64,000 bases of DNA, taken from assembly GCA_032718475.1 (NCBI GenBank), contig JAUCBJ010007937.1, forward strand, positions 26,865 through 90,864, given 5' to 3'. Positions 46,765 to 58,766 of the stretch are shown here, one piece after another. Position numbers and translations under genes: made by a program. This DNA is from Nemertoderma westbladi. Taxonomy: Eukaryota; Animalia; Xenacoelomorpha. The stretch's first letter is position 1. Each line of letters starts with the position of its first letter. The notes under the pieces were generated by a model. That model saw only the letters and a list, made by a program, of their open reading frames with translations, searched no databases and was not told the DNA's origin.

Positions 46765-48046
46765 TTATGGGCTTCCGTACTGACTAGTATGGGGCTAGCA
46801 TTGGCAGGATGTTCACTTAACCCCCCCGAGTTAGTATTGGAGCTCATTCAATTCATCATAAGCGACATGCACATAACCAAGAGTCCAACAAGAAATGAAA
46901 ACAAATAAGAATGGCAACCTAAGACTCAATGGATCTTTTCGAGGAATCTCGTTGATCTCGATTGCAGCAAGGCTATACTATAGAATTCAATTACATCGCA
47001 TAAGACTGCAACGTGGAAATCAGAATGGGTTCGGTAAAGGTCGTGGAACCTCGGAAATTGGGGGATAAGGAAGGAGTTGTAGCGGCGTAAGTGATTTTGT
47101 CGATAAGTCGGCATAGCATTCTTAATTAATGCAGACTGCATTGCATTATGCCAATTGTGAATTGCATGGTGGTGGTACAATTTTTTTTGTTAAGCCAGCA
47201 TAGCATCTGTTAGATTATGTATTGTTAGGGTTCTAGTAGACCCTGGCTTGGTGGTGGTTAGATCCAACCTACTGGTCTTTTACCTACCGGTCCTCTTCTG
47301 GTATTCCGGTATTCAGTCTTTCATATATTCTAGGTCTGTAGGTACAGTAACCGTTACCGGTACCTACTGCAGTACTGTACTGCTGTACTGATGTGCTGTA
47401 AGGTGGTGGGTGTGTTCGTTGGTCTGTTGGTTCATATTATTGTTTGATATGCTGTTCTGTATGTCGACCATTAATAAACTGATGCAGCTGGTATTCATTT
47501 ATTTCCGATCCCAATATGGCGCAGTGATGTACTTGATGTTCCTACAACCCTATTCAAATGGTGGACATTCCAGCGCATTCAGCAGGTCAGATAATTCAAT
47601 ATTATTCTACCGGTCGCCTCTACTGATTCTGATCTAGGCCTAGCTACCTACCTATACTTCCGGTGGTGTACCTACTCCAGTACTCTTCTAAACTAAGCCC
47701 TTGGGACGGACAGTGGAGTGGCTCGCGGTTATCGTTGTCGTTGTGTAGCTACATCGTTGGCGAAAAACACAGCGACGACGGTACATCGGCGCTGAGGACC
47801 TTGCACTGTCCGGGGGCCGTGAGGGGTAGGCAGCGACGCCCGCTAGCCTAATTAGAAACTACCGGTACCTATTCACATTCAGCAGTCAGGCGGTATTCCA
47901 GTCTGCCAGTATTCGATAACTACAGATTTTGGCTGATTTGCATGCAAAAGTTTTGCACATTTTTGCAAAATTTTTTCTTTTCGGATTTTGCAAATTTTTT
48001 CGGATATTTAATTTCCTGAAATTTCTCTAATATTCAACAGTCAGAT

Positions 48047-51000
48047 ATGCCTACTAAAGCTGAACTCGAAACCGAACTGGAGGTTTTAAGAGAACAGTTG
48101 GCTGGTCGTGGTAATCCTGATCCCACCTCAGCTCTTCTACATGCTTTAGTTAAATCACAACGCGATTTGGCTGATTCCTTAGCACAATCCCAAGCCCAAA
48201 ATGCCCATCAATTTCAACAATTACTTGGTCAACCACATCAACCTGTAGTTCATCAGGCTGACTCAACCCCTCGTAATCTTCAAATTAAAGCACCAATTGC
48301 TTTAGAACCGGATTTCAGTTTAGCAAAATTTGAAACTTGGAAGTCGGTTTGGGCAGATTATTATTCTGCATTTCAGATGGATAGAATGGCTAGGGATAGG
48401 CAAATCTGTATTTTCAGGAGTTACCTTTCTATAGGTATGCGCTCTACACTGGAACAAGTTATTGACATTCCTCCTGACACACATGATAATCCTTTAACAG
48501 TTCAGGTGTTAATAGATTGTATTCAAAGTTATTTTCGTGGTAAACGGAATATAGCCCTTGATTGTGTTCAGTTTGATAATAGGAAACAACGTCAAAGTGA
48601 AAATTTTGATAGCTACCTGGTTGCTATTAAAGATCTTGCTCGAGATGCTGATCTATGTCGTCATTGTTTCGATCGGCGGTTGACTACTCGAATTATGTCT
48701 GGTATTTCTTGCGAGGACACCAGATCTAAACTTCTTGCATTGACTCCATTTCCTTCGCTTGAAGATGCTGTAAATCTTTGTAGGTCTGAGGAATCAGCCC
48801 AAGCTGGAGTTCAGGATTTAAAAAACCCTTCAATCAACCAAGCTTCTCGACAATCTCGTTTTCACAACAAAAAGCCTTATAATTCCAGGCGCAACAATTC
48901 TTCTAAATCCAAATCCAGAAACAATTCTTCAACTACTGGCCCTATAGTTTGTTATGGTTGTGGTAAAACAGACCATAAACGCGCTGACTGTCCAGCAAGG
49001 AACAAAGATTGTTCTTATTGTGGCAAGGAAGGCCACTTTGCCAATGTTTGTCGGTCTAAACAATATAATTCGAATTCATCTTCAAAACCTAAGACAAAAC
49101 CCATTAGCCGCATCACCCTCAATTTGGTTGGAAGCCATAATCGTCAAGCTCCGAAAGTATTTCTGAACTTCTGTCATATTGCAACAGGACATTTATTCGG
49201 TTCTCTCAAAGCAACTCCAGATACTGGTGCTGAGGCCACTGTTGCTGGCTTAGATTTTCTTCAGGCCCTTTCTATTGACAAAGAAAATCTACTTCCACCA
49301 GACCATGATGATCTTTCTGCTGCTAATGGTAGTCTTCTTTCATGCATTGGTCTCCTCCACACTACAATTTCCTATGGTGAATATTCAACTGATGAGCTTA
49401 TCTGCATTTGTGAAGAAGTCGATGGAATTCTTTTGGCATGGTATACTTGTCAAAACCTAGGAATTATTTCAAGTTCATATCCAGAACCAGTGGCAGAAAT
49501 TCAGTCTGTTGCTTCTTCTAATTCTTCTAATATGTCACCAATTGGTATTAAAAACTCAATTCCAACAACATCATTCAAGGTTGACTTCCATCTTTCTGAT
49601 GAACCTTCGCCTTCAGAATGGGATACTGTTAAGCAGAAACTCATAAAGGCTTATTCTGATGTTTTTGACCAAGATGACAAACTTCGTCCAATGAATGGCC
49701 CACCCATGACCATTTCATTAAAAGATGATGCCCAACCATATGCTATTCATACAGCCAGGCAACTTCCTTTAGCCATTAGAGACTGGGCTAAAGCTTGCTT
49801 AGAGAAAATGGTTGAACAAGGTATTATTTGTCCAGTTCTGGATAACGAACCAACTGATTGGGTCCATCCTTCCGATATCACTTCCGATATCACTTCCGAT
49901 ATCACTTCTGATATCAATTCCGATATCACTTCCGATATCACTTCTGATATCACTTCCGATATCATTTCCGATATCACTTCCGATATCACTTCTGATATCA
50001 CTTCTGATATCACTTCCGATATCACTTCCGATATCACTTCCGATATCACTTCTGATATCACTTCCGATATCACTTCCGATATCACTTCTGATATCACTTC
50101 CGATATCATTTCCGATATCACTTCCGATATCACTTCCGATATCACTTCCAATATCACTTCCAATATCACTTCCGATATCACTTCTGATATCACTTTCGAT
50201 ATCACTTCCGATATCACTTCCGATATCGATTCCATTCCAGACGCACTTTCCCGTGCCCCTGTTTCGGATCCTACTCCAGAGGATATTCTTTGTGATACAG
50301 ATGTCAATGACCATGTTTCCGCAGTCATTCGTCACGTGTCTACCTCAATTGTTGTTTCTGATGCTCCAAGTCATCTCAAGGATTCATATATTGAGTCTAT
50401 CCGATCATCTGCAAAGGATGATATTTCTTACATGGCTTTGGTGGATGCTGTTATTTCTGGATTTCCCTCAACATCCACACAATGTTCTGTGCACATACGC
50501 CCATTCTGGAATGTGCGACATCAGTTATCTTGTGAAGATAATCTTCTTTTATTAGGTTCCCGGATTGTAATTCCATCTTCCCTCCGCAAGAATGTCCTGA
50601 AGCACCTTCATGATGCTCATCAGGGCATTGAACGTTCTAAGAGGAGAGCTAGGCAAACTGTATTCTGGCCTGGTATCAATAGCGATATTACAAACATAGT
50701 CAATTCTTGTCCCCAGTGTCAACTTTATCAACCAAGCTTACCTAAAGAGTCTCTCCAAAGCGACCCTCATCCATGTCTTCCAATGGAGGATTGCTCTGCT
50801 GATCTTTTCTACTTCAGCACCTGGTCATACCTGGTTTATGTCGATAGATATTCTGGGTGGCCATGCGTTCATTCTTGGCGTGCCGATCCTTCCAGCTCTC
50901 AAGTTATTTCAGCTCTTCGAGGATGGTTCAAAGATTTCGGTATTCCAAAACGCCTTCGTTCTGATGGTGGTACACAATTTAATTCAGCACGTTATCATGA

Positions 51001-51619
51001 TTTTTTATCCGAATGGAATATCATCCCTGAGTATTCTACTCCTGAGTATCCTCAGTCTAATGGCCATGCAGAGGGGGCTGTAAAGGCCATGAAATCATTG
51101 ATAAAAAAGTTAGATGTCAAAGGAGATCTAAACTCTACTTGCTTTGTTCGTGGTTTGCTGGAATGGAGAAATACTCCTAAAGAACATGGTATGTCTCCAG
51201 CTCATCTGTTGTTCGGTAGATCCCTCCGTTCCACTATACCAGCTCATTCGTCTACACTGGCAGGTGATTCATTCCCTATCCCTGGTCCTTCAACGTCTTC
51301 AGCAACTGAATCATATTATAATGATCATCCTCACGACTTAACCCCGATTCCTATTGGTTCCCGAGTTTGCATCCAGAGTGCACATTCCAAACTATGGAAC
51401 AAATCTGGTATCGTCCTTTCCCGTGGTACTAGGCGAGATTACCGGATAGAACTAGACAATGGTCGGGTGTATTGGAGAAATCGTCGTTATCTACGTTCCA
51501 TCCCAGATGACTCTTCTCTTCGTGATATAACGCCTCAAAAACATGTACAGTTCGCTGATGATCTTCCCAGGCGCAGTTCGAGAACTCACAAGCAACCAGC
51601 AAGATTCGGAGTTCAATGA
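48047..51619 (+). CDS. Gag-protease-(SDIT)n-integrase polyprotein
   Basis: CYGCGKTDHKRADCPA...CSYCGKEGHFANVC; DTGA protease; RT start EPTDWVHP, then the repeat, then PDALSR; integrase LHDAHQG..C..C, ADLF, SDGG, SNGHAE. Confidence 0.9.
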   Translation: MPTKAELETELEVLREQLAGRGNPDPTSALLHALVKSQRDLADSLAQSQAQNAHQFQQLLGQPHQPVVHQADSTPRNLQIKAPIALEPDFSLAKFETWKSVWADYYSAFQMDRMARDRQICIFRSYLSIGMRSTLEQVIDIPPDTHDNPLTVQVLIDCIQSYFRGKRNIALDCVQFDNRKQRQSENFDSYLVAIKDLARDADLCRHCFDRRLTTRIMSGISCEDTRSKLLALTPFPSLEDAVNLCRSEESAQAGVQDLKNPSINQASRQSRFHNKKPYNSRRNNSSKSKSRNNSSTTGPIVCYGCGKTDHKRADCPARNKDCSYCGKEGHFANVCRSKQYNSNSSSKPKTKPISRITLNLVGSHNRQAPKVFLNFCHIATGHLFGSLKATPDTGAEATVAGLDFLQALSIDKENLLPPDHDDLSAANGSLLSCIGLLHTTISYGEYSTDELICICEEVDGILLAWYTCQNLGIISSSYPEPVAEIQSVASSNSSNMSPIGIKNSIPTTSFKVDFHLSDEPSPSEWDTVKQKLIKAYSDVFDQDDKLRPMNGPPMTISLKDDAQPYAIHTARQLPLAIRDWAKACLEKMVEQGIICPVLDNEPTDWVHPSDITSDITSDITSDINSDITSDITSDITSDIISDITSDITSDITSDITSDITSDITSDITSDITSDITSDITSDITSDIISDITSDITSDITSNITSNITSDITSDITFDITSDITSDIDSIPDALSRAPVSDPTPEDILCDTDVNDHVSAVIRHVSTSIVVSDAPSHLKDSYIESIRSSAKDDISYMALVDAVISGFPSTSTQCSVHIRPFWNVRHQLSCEDNLLLLGSRIVIPSSLRKNVLKHLHDAHQGIERSKRRARQTVFWPGINSDITNIVNSCPQCQLYQPSLPKESLQSDPHPCLPMEDCSADLFYFSTWSYLVYVDRYSGWPCVHSWRADPSSSQVISALRGWFKDFGIPKRLRSDGGTQFNSARYHDFLSEWNIIPEYSTPEYPQSNGHAEGAVKAMKSLIKKLDVKGDLNSTCFVRGLLEWRNTPKEHGMSPAHLLFGRSLRSTIPAHSSTLAGDSFPIPGPSTSSATESYYNDHPHDLTPIPIGSRVCIQSAHSKLWNKSGIVLSRGTRRDYRIELDNGRVYWRNRRYLRSIPDDSSLRDITPQKHVQFADDLPRRSSRTHKQPARFGVQ
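49871..50227. repeat. 12-bp tandem repeat TCCGATATCACT, ~30 copies
   Basis: Directly visible; in frame as SDIT. Confidence 0.97.
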
Positions 51620-52527
51620 ACTGACCTATTTGTGGTGGTTGGATTTTGTTTTCAGTACAAATGTCTCCTACATTGTTCTTGGGGGAGATGTTAGATTATG
51701 TATTGTTAGGGTTCTAGTAGACCCTGGCTTGGTGGTGGTTAGATCCAACCTACTGGTCTTTTACCTACCGGTCCTCTTCTGGTATTCCGGTATTCAGTCT
51801 TTCATATATTCTAGGTCTGTAGGTACAGTAACCGTTACCGGTACCTACTGCAGTACTGTACTGCTGTACTGATGTGCTGTAAGGTGGTGGGTGTGTTCGT
51901 TGGTCTGTTGGTTCATATTATTGTTTGATATGCTGTTCTGTATGTCGACCATTAATAAACTGATGCAGCTGGTATTCATTTATTTCCGATCCCAATAGCA
52001 TCTCAATATGCTGCTGCAATGTAGCAGGCCGATTATAGTAGTAGTTAGTGTGGCATGTTCATATGCAATAAACCATTTGAATCACACACTGTAATACTGT
52101 ATTCAACACAACAGTAAATAAAAGTTGGTGCCCCTAAGTTCTGCTTGTCCATGCCCAAATCCCCGGATCCGAGTCTGGAGTCTGACTCCCGCACTCCGGT
52201 CTTCTAGCCGTCAACCGGTATCCACGCGGGCACATGGATGGGAAGAGGGGAGTCGCTTTATGAACTGTTGCGCAGCTGGTGATTTACTGCCGAAAGGGTA
52301 CAGCTAGCATATTACATTTTCTAATTGCACAAGTTAATATAAATAAATAAGAGATATTATTTTATTTATTATACAATAAATAGTTAAAAAAATTAATGTA
52401 ACTTAACATCATTGATAATTTATTATTATTGTTAGATGCAACCAATGCATTAGTTAATTATATTTATTTCTAGAGAAATTCTGAGAGTCATTTCAAAGTA
52501 ACTATTTTAGTTTATAAGATTATAAAG

Positions 52528-52713
52528 ATGGATAGGTTCAATCCATATTCCATATATGACCCAGTGTTCCGTATTCTACATTTATATATTCTCCCGTTTC
52601 TTCGAATTCAATCGACAAGACAAATTGTTAGTGAAGATTTCTTTACACCACTCCCCGAGAATATGACAGCTGATTTCCAGTGTAACAATCTATTGAAAAA
52701 TATTAAACACAAG
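52528..52713 (+). CDS. ABCC4: ABCC transporter exon 1 (62 aa, lasso/L0-like N-terminus)
   Basis: MDRFNPY..FRILHLYILPFLRI....I..EDFF..P resembles a short-ABCC N-terminus; donor AAG|GTATGC is phase 0 and joins the acceptor at 55137 in frame. Confidence 0.65.
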
Positions 52714-53065
52714 GTATGCTGTATATTATCAGGTATAACCTGGTGGTACTTTTCTCAAAAGAAAAAGGTCTCATCTTAATTTCATTGTTTAGATGTATAT
52801 TAGAGCCTTCATATTTATTGTTGGTTTAATATGTCTGGTACCTTTATGTAATTTGCAGCACAACCATCCCAACTGTATTAGTAAAACATTAAAACTGTTG
52901 AATAGACTGTGTTATACATCTATACATATTTATATTGTATTTTTACTTTTTGACATATATGACAATGACAGTAATATACTTTATATTCAAGTTGGCGTGA
53001 ATACACTGTGAAATACACCATGAAATAAAGTAAACTCAATGATAGGCTATGGGGTGTTATATATC

Positions 53066-53615
53066 ACAGCAGCAGTAGTTCCAGTACTCCTCTATGGGAG
53101 TCCATGCTAGGCTCTAACTGCTGAGGACACAAAATCTCTGGATGGCACATTCACAAGAATGCTACGCGGGGTTCACTGTGTCAAGTACAATGCACACATC
53201 TCCAACCAGACGTTATATAACATTGGAGGTGTATCATTGGTTCCCCAAGCTTGACACTTGAACGAAGCCTCCTCAGGTTTGCAGGACATTGCTTTCGCCG
53301 TGAGGACCAGCCTGTGCATAATCTTGTACTTTGGCAGCCCCATGGAGAAAATAAGCATGGTGGACAGCCCATGACTTTCGTGAGACGTCATCTAAACAAC
53401 ACTGGCCTTGAAGATACGGATAATGTTGCGAAAGTCATGGGCGATAGGGAGTTGTGGCGGTGCAACTTTGTTGATAAGCCGGTATAGCATTCTTAATGCA
53501 CGCTGCATTGGGCTTGCCAATTGTAGATTGTATGGTGATGACAAAATGGTTTTGTTAAGCTGGCATAGCATCTCAATGTGCAGTTTCAATGCAGCAGGCT
53601 GATTATATTAGTAGT
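53066..53615 (+). mobile_element. RTE LINE 3' fragment inside the ABCC intron
   Basis: LLYGSPC, RFAGHCFRREDQPVHNLVLWQP and a 3' UTR. Confidence 0.85.
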
Positions 53616-55136
53616 AGCGATATATCATGGCTTGAAATGATAACAGTATTCTTCTTCTTTCAGTATGATATATACTGTATTCTACAGTCATGCTGAGGTA
53701 GCCAAAAAGTAAGTCATTCATAGGATACATTGGTCGTTCCATGTACATATTGCGTACGGATGAGACGGCGTCACTAATTATGTTGCTGCCTAATCCTAAG
53801 GGGCCTACTTATTCAGCATGTACACTGCAGACAGTATACAGTGCATAGGTTGTTACCGGTACGGTACTGGTAGGTACTTTTATAATCTACGATTTATAAT
53901 TAATATAACTTCGAAACTTGAAAATAAAAACACATTCGATTTAAATAAAATATTTACCTGTATTTCACTTTCTGACTCTCGTTTTATATTTCATCCATTC
54001 GCTTACGCTCGTGGAAATATTCCCACTCAAGCCAGCGTGAAATACCTTATTTAAATCGAATATATAGTTAATATTCAAAATTTGAAATAATTTTTTTTGA
54101 TTTACTTTATTTTAGAATACTTTAAAAAGGTAATAACAAAGAGCCAATAACCTAAATTTATGAATGCAAACTGAAGCAAAAACAAAAAACGTTTTCCTTT
54201 AGGTGTTATTGAAAGGCAAACCACTTTGATCTTAGATCAATTAAGTTCCTTTACCCTAATTAACTGAACTCATACTTAATATAACACTAGAAAACAAGAC
54301 AGCGTTTCATGTTATGGAACTAACATGCTGTAAAAAATTGAAGAAGTGAACATGTAAAAAATTTCAATGAAAATTATTGAAATTAAAAAAAAAACGAATT
54401 GATATTAATTCCATACATTTGCTTGTGATAATGGCGTAAATTGGCTGTAAACATCATCATAACTATGTGTTTTTAATGTATTAATTAAATTTAATATAAT
54501 TGAATATATTAAGGAAATAGACCATGTTACAAATGTTACAGTGGTGGTGTCAATATAAAGAAAACTTTATTTCGTATTAGACCAATTTTCACTGTAAGAT
54601 AACGACTTTTTTCACTTGTGGTCAATGCCCACTACAATCTGATTTTTCATGAGCTAGAATAGCATTGTTATTTTTCATTAATTTACTAGAACTTTATTAT
54701 ATTGTTAGGATATTTTTTTATAATTTTTTTATAAAAATTATGGGATGGGATATTTTAAAGACAATTCTTGGAATATGTTTCAGTTTTACATTAAGGCTCG
54801 CTCTTTAGTGATCCTTACAGAGCTCAAAGACTCCATAACGCATAACTGATGCATCCAAAAGGAGATTTTTGAGCCATTTCCTCAAGAGTAGGTTTTGTCT
54901 GGGACTCATCATACTCGGCTTACCTTGGAAATATTACCTGCCATTGGCAAAATAGCTCATCTGCTACCATATACTGTATCATATCTGTCATATGCAGTTT
55001 GCAGTAGGATATAGTGGAAAATCATAAGCATTAAGCATTTTCCTCTCCTTGACCTGCCTTAAAGTAAATAGTTATATTTTGTATAAGATAAAGTAATGCC
55101 TTTTGTCATTTTTGTTATTGTCATTTATATTTACAG

Positions 55137-58100
55137 GGTGAAAGACAAAAAACTCAATCATACTCCAGCATACGAACAACATTAATTCGAATTTATGGTA
55201 AGGAATTCATTCTATGTGGTTCATTGCATGCAATCTCAGAACTGAGCAATATTGTTAAAGTTATATTCATTCAAAGGTTGATTATGTATTTTTTGAAACT
55301 TGACACGGCTATTACAAGAGAAAGAGCATCATTTGACTGCGCGGTAATTGCAATATCATCAGTTATCTCCGTGGTAACTTTTGGAAATTCGTCATTTTAT
55401 GGCTCATTATTGTGCACAAAGATGAGAGTTGGGTGTAGCACAATTATATATAATAAGTTATTAACATTAAACTCCATTGAAGTCCATGATGCTACAATTG
55501 GCCTGGTCATTAACCTTCTTTCAACAGATGTTGGGAGATTTGATGTACTATCCAGGTCATTCACTTACTTAATTGCATCCCCTTGTGCATTTATATTGGG
55601 AACTTTCTTGGTCATATACAATGTTGGATATTCTGGAATTCTTGGAATCGTTTTATTAATTATGGTTATTCCATTCAGTACAGGTTTAGCAAAATTATTC
55701 TCTTTACTAAGGGATAAGGCTGCAGTGTTAACAAACCAGAGAATTACACTAATGAGTGAAATAGTGGTTGGTATAAAAGCTATCAAGGCTTATGGATGGG
55801 AAAAACTTTTCTCCAAAGTCATATCAGAGTCTCGAATTAAAGAATTGGAAAAAATACGTAAGATAATGTTCTGTCATACATTTTATAGTGGTATGAGCCT
55901 TACATATCCACCTTTGGTACTATTTTGTATGTTCATTCTGTATACATCCCTGGGTTATCAATTAGACATAGCTATATATCTATCTACATATATAATTATC
56001 GCAAGTCTGTTAATTTGTATAATTGGATTTAGTATTGCATTGCGCGAACTTGGTGAGCTTCATTCTGTCTTTCAAAGAATTGATAAATTTCTTGGCAGCG
56101 GTAATGATTTATTATTAGAAGATTTGTATAATAATTGTATGTTTATTACTTCTGATAAAGTTTTTATAAAATTGGAAAAGATTTCTGCAAGATGGTCTAA
56201 GGATACTAGGTATGTTCTAGAAAACTTTTCAATGAATGTTGCTCATGGTGATGTTATTTGTGTTGTAGGACCCGTAGCATCGGGTAAAACTACTTTACTA
56301 CAAGTGATACTAAGTGAGTTACCACCAGATAAAGGATCTGTAACTACAAATGGAAAACTGGCATATGTCTCACAAATACCATTCATATTCTCTGGGACAA
56401 TCAAAGAAAATATATTATTGGGAAGTCCATATCAGATAGAATGGTACAACAAAGTTATTAATCTTAGCTGTTTAAGACCAGATATTTTATTGTTCAAAGA
56501 TGGTGATAATACATTAGTTGGAGAGAAAGGAATTTCCTTATCAGGTGGGCAAAAGGCCCGGATAGCTTTAGCTAGAGCTGTTTATTCTCGAGCTAATATT
56601 TATGTTATGGATGATCCACTTTCAGCAGTGGACAGGAAAGTGGCCAATGATTTAATGGATAATTGTATTAAACACTGTCGGTCATTTGGAATAGTCATAA
56701 TAACAACACATCTTACTCAAGTTATACCAAAAGATGCTAAAGTGGTCAAACTTTTGAGTGATAATTTCGCTCCATTGCATCTACGAAGGCATTCTTCATC
56801 ATCTTCAATCACCCAACGTCGTTTATCTATAACATCACATTCAAATCAAATGGATCATGTTGGAACCTATCACAATGAAAGCTCCATGATATTACCAGAA
56901 AATGAACAGCTTGATATCACCAATGACATTGATATTAAACATGATATGCTTGAAGAACTTGTAACAGCAAGTTACACAGCAACCAAAGAATATATCATGG
57001 CAGGTTTGAATATACCATATGTCATTTTAATGACGTCATCCTTTATTTTTACCTATATTTCTTACTCAATTTCCGATTTTTGGCTTGCCACATGGGCCAT
57101 GCAAGGTTCAATAAATAATGCACCAGGCAATAGTTCTCTTGATAGAAATATTATAAGTCAATTCATCATTGACAACAACTGGGAGTATGTTGTACTTGGA
57201 TATGCACTTCTCCAATTATCACATATAATATGGTGCATCTTCAGTATCATATCAATATATATGATCTTAATGACTGCGGCATCGAAGTTACATAATAAGA
57301 CATTCCGAAAGGTTTTACATGCACCTCTGGCATTTTTTCAGCACAATCCTGCAGGTGGGATATTAAACAGATTCTCTAAAGATCTTGGAATAATGGACAA
57401 TCTCCTTCCAGATTTGTGTACAGATGTTTTTCATTTTTTGTGTAGGAGTTTTGTAGCGATTATATTTTCTGCGGTTTCAAATCCATGGACAATATTAATT
57501 ATAATTCCAATAATAGTTATCGGTATCTGGATACGTATGTACATAATGAAAAGCATCAAGCAAGTTAAGTATATTGAAGGGTTGGCACGGGATCCCATAT
57601 TCCAACACGTGTCAGATACCATAGAGGGTAGAGATGTCATTAAAGCATCTGCTGCACAAGGAATATATATAAAGCAATTTTTTAATCATCTGGATAAACA
57701 TACGGAATCGTGGTTTATGATACAGTCACTGTTTGTAATTCTAGGATTAAGTTTTAATATGATTTATACAATTTTTATAACATTTATCTTAGTGATTTCA
57801 CTATATATGGAAAACTTTGTATCAAATGAGGTTTTGTGTATATTTATAACCTATATATTTGGCATATTTAATTATTTAACTTTAATATTAAGAATCTCAG
57901 CTGCGCTTGAGACTCATCTAACATCAGTTGAACGAGTTCTGCATTATACACAACTGGAACAAGAAGCTGCCTTTCATATACCTGAATTTAATATTCCATG
58001 TGATTGGCCTAAGGCAGGGGTTGTTTCTTTTATAAATGTAAATCTTTCATATGGTGAAAATCATGTTCTACGTGGCATCAACTTTATAACAAGATCCTTT

Positions 58101-58766
58101 GAGAAAATAGGAATTGTAGGACGTACTGGAGCTGGAAAGTCATCATTGTTTACAGCACTCCTTCGTTTCGTCGAACCAGAAGGATTGATTCTCATTGATG
58201 ATATTGATGTATCTAAGATGGGACTACATGATCTAAGAAAGTCAATTGCTGTAATTCCACAGGATCCAGTTCTATTTAAAGGCACTTTAAGATACAATTT
58301 AGACCCATTTAATGAATACGATTGTAATGAAATAAATCGGGCCTTGGAGAGTGTTCAATTGAAAAAATCTATTGTGAATAGACTTAAGTATGACCTTGGA
58401 ATAACTACATCGGAAATAAATGCTTTAGAGTTTGGAGTAGAGAGTCGAGGAGACAATCTTAGTGTTGGAGAGAAACAATTGGTTTGTTTAGCCAGAGCAA
58501 TGCTAAGAGGCTGTCCTGTTGTTTTAATTGATGAAGCAACCTCTTCTATTGATCAGCTTACAGATGAACTTATACAGAAAGTCATCAGGAGCAATTTTAC
58601 AAATTCAACTGTTTTGACTATAGCCCACCGGATAAATACTATCATTGACTCAAATAGAATAATAGTGATGGATAAAGGAGAAATTGTAGAATTTGAAGAA
58701 CCAAATCTTCTATTGGAAAACAGACACAGCTTTCTATATGGCTTATGTAAGAAAACTTCCAAATGA
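55137..58766 (+). CDS. ABCC4: ABCC/MRP4-like ABC transporter, large exon 2 (TMD1-NBD1-TMD2-NBD2); full protein ~1271 aa
   Basis: Acceptor tttatatttacag|GGT in frame with the 55224 ORF. NBD1 has GPVASGKT, LSGGQ and MDDPLSAVD; NBD2 has GRTGAGKSS, LSVGEKQ, LIDEAT and TIAHR; GGILNRFSKD and SVERV are present. No TMD0. The symbol means similarity, not proven orthology. Confidence 0.92.
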   Translation, partial: GERQKTQSYSSIRTTLIRIYGKEFILCGSLHAISELSNIVKVIFIQRLIMYFLKLDTAITRERASFDCAVIAISSVISVVTFGNSSFYGSLLCTKMRVGCSTIIYNKLLTLNSIEVHDATIGLVINLLSTDVGRFDVLSRSFTYLIASPCAFILGTFLVIYNVGYSGILGIVLLIMVIPFSTGLAKLFSLLRDKAAVLTNQRITLMSEIVVGIKAIKAYGWEKLFSKVISESRIKELEKIRKIMFCHTFYSGMSLTYPPLVLFCMFILYTSLGYQLDIAIYLSTYIIIASLLICIIGFSIALRELGELHSVFQRIDKFLGSGNDLLLEDLYNNCMFITSDKVFIKLEKISARWSKDTRYVLENFSMNVAHGDVICVVGPVASGKTTLLQVILSELPPDKGSVTTNGKLAYVSQIPFIFSGTIKENILLGSPYQIEWYNKVINLSCLRPDILLFKDGDNTLVGEKGISLSGGQKARIALARAVYSRANIYVMDDPLSAVDRKVANDLMDNCIKHCRSFGIVIITTHLTQVIPKDAKVVKLLSDNFAPLHLRRHSSSSSITQRRLSITSHSNQMDHVGTYHNESSMILPENEQLDITNDIDIKHDMLEELVTASYTATKEYIMAGLNIPYVILMTSSFIFTYISYSISDFWLATWAMQGSINNAPGNSSLDRNIISQFIIDNNWEYVVLGYALLQLSHIIWCIFSIISIYMILMTAASKLHNKTFRKVLHAPLAFFQHNPAGGILNRFSKDLGIMDNLLPDLCTDVFHFLCRSFVAIIFSAVSNPWTILIIIPIIVIGIWIRMYIMKSIKQVKYIEGLARDPIFQHVSDTIEGRDVIKASAAQGIYIKQFFNHLDKHTESWFMIQSLFVILGLSFNMIYTIFITFILVISLYMENFVSNEVLCIFITYIFGIFNYLTLILRISAALETHLTSVERVLHYTQLEQEAAFHIPEFNIPCDWPKAGVVSFINVNLSYGENHVLRGINFITRSFEKIGIVGRTGAGKSSLFTALLRFVEPEGLILIDDIDVSKMGLHDLRKSIAVIPQDPVLFKGTLRYNLDPFNEYDCNEINRALESVQLKKSIVNRLKYDLGITTSEINALEFGVESRGDNLSVGEKQLVCLARAMLRGCPVVLIDEATSSIDQLTDELIQKVIRSNFTNSTVLTIAHRINTIIDSNRIIVMDKGEIVEFEEPNLLLENRHSFLYGLCKKTSK

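Larger units (their letters stand above)
47208..51997 (+). mobile_element. Gypsy (Mag-like) LTR retrotransposon lacking RT/RNase H, inserted in an RTE 3' UTR
   Basis: 309-bp LTRs at 47208-47516 and 51689-51997 (no difference seen, TG..TA ends); TSD GCATC; PBS TGGCGCAG at 47517; PPT GGGGGAGA at 51681-51688. The rejoined flanks match the RTE tail at 53555-53615. Confidence 0.95.
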
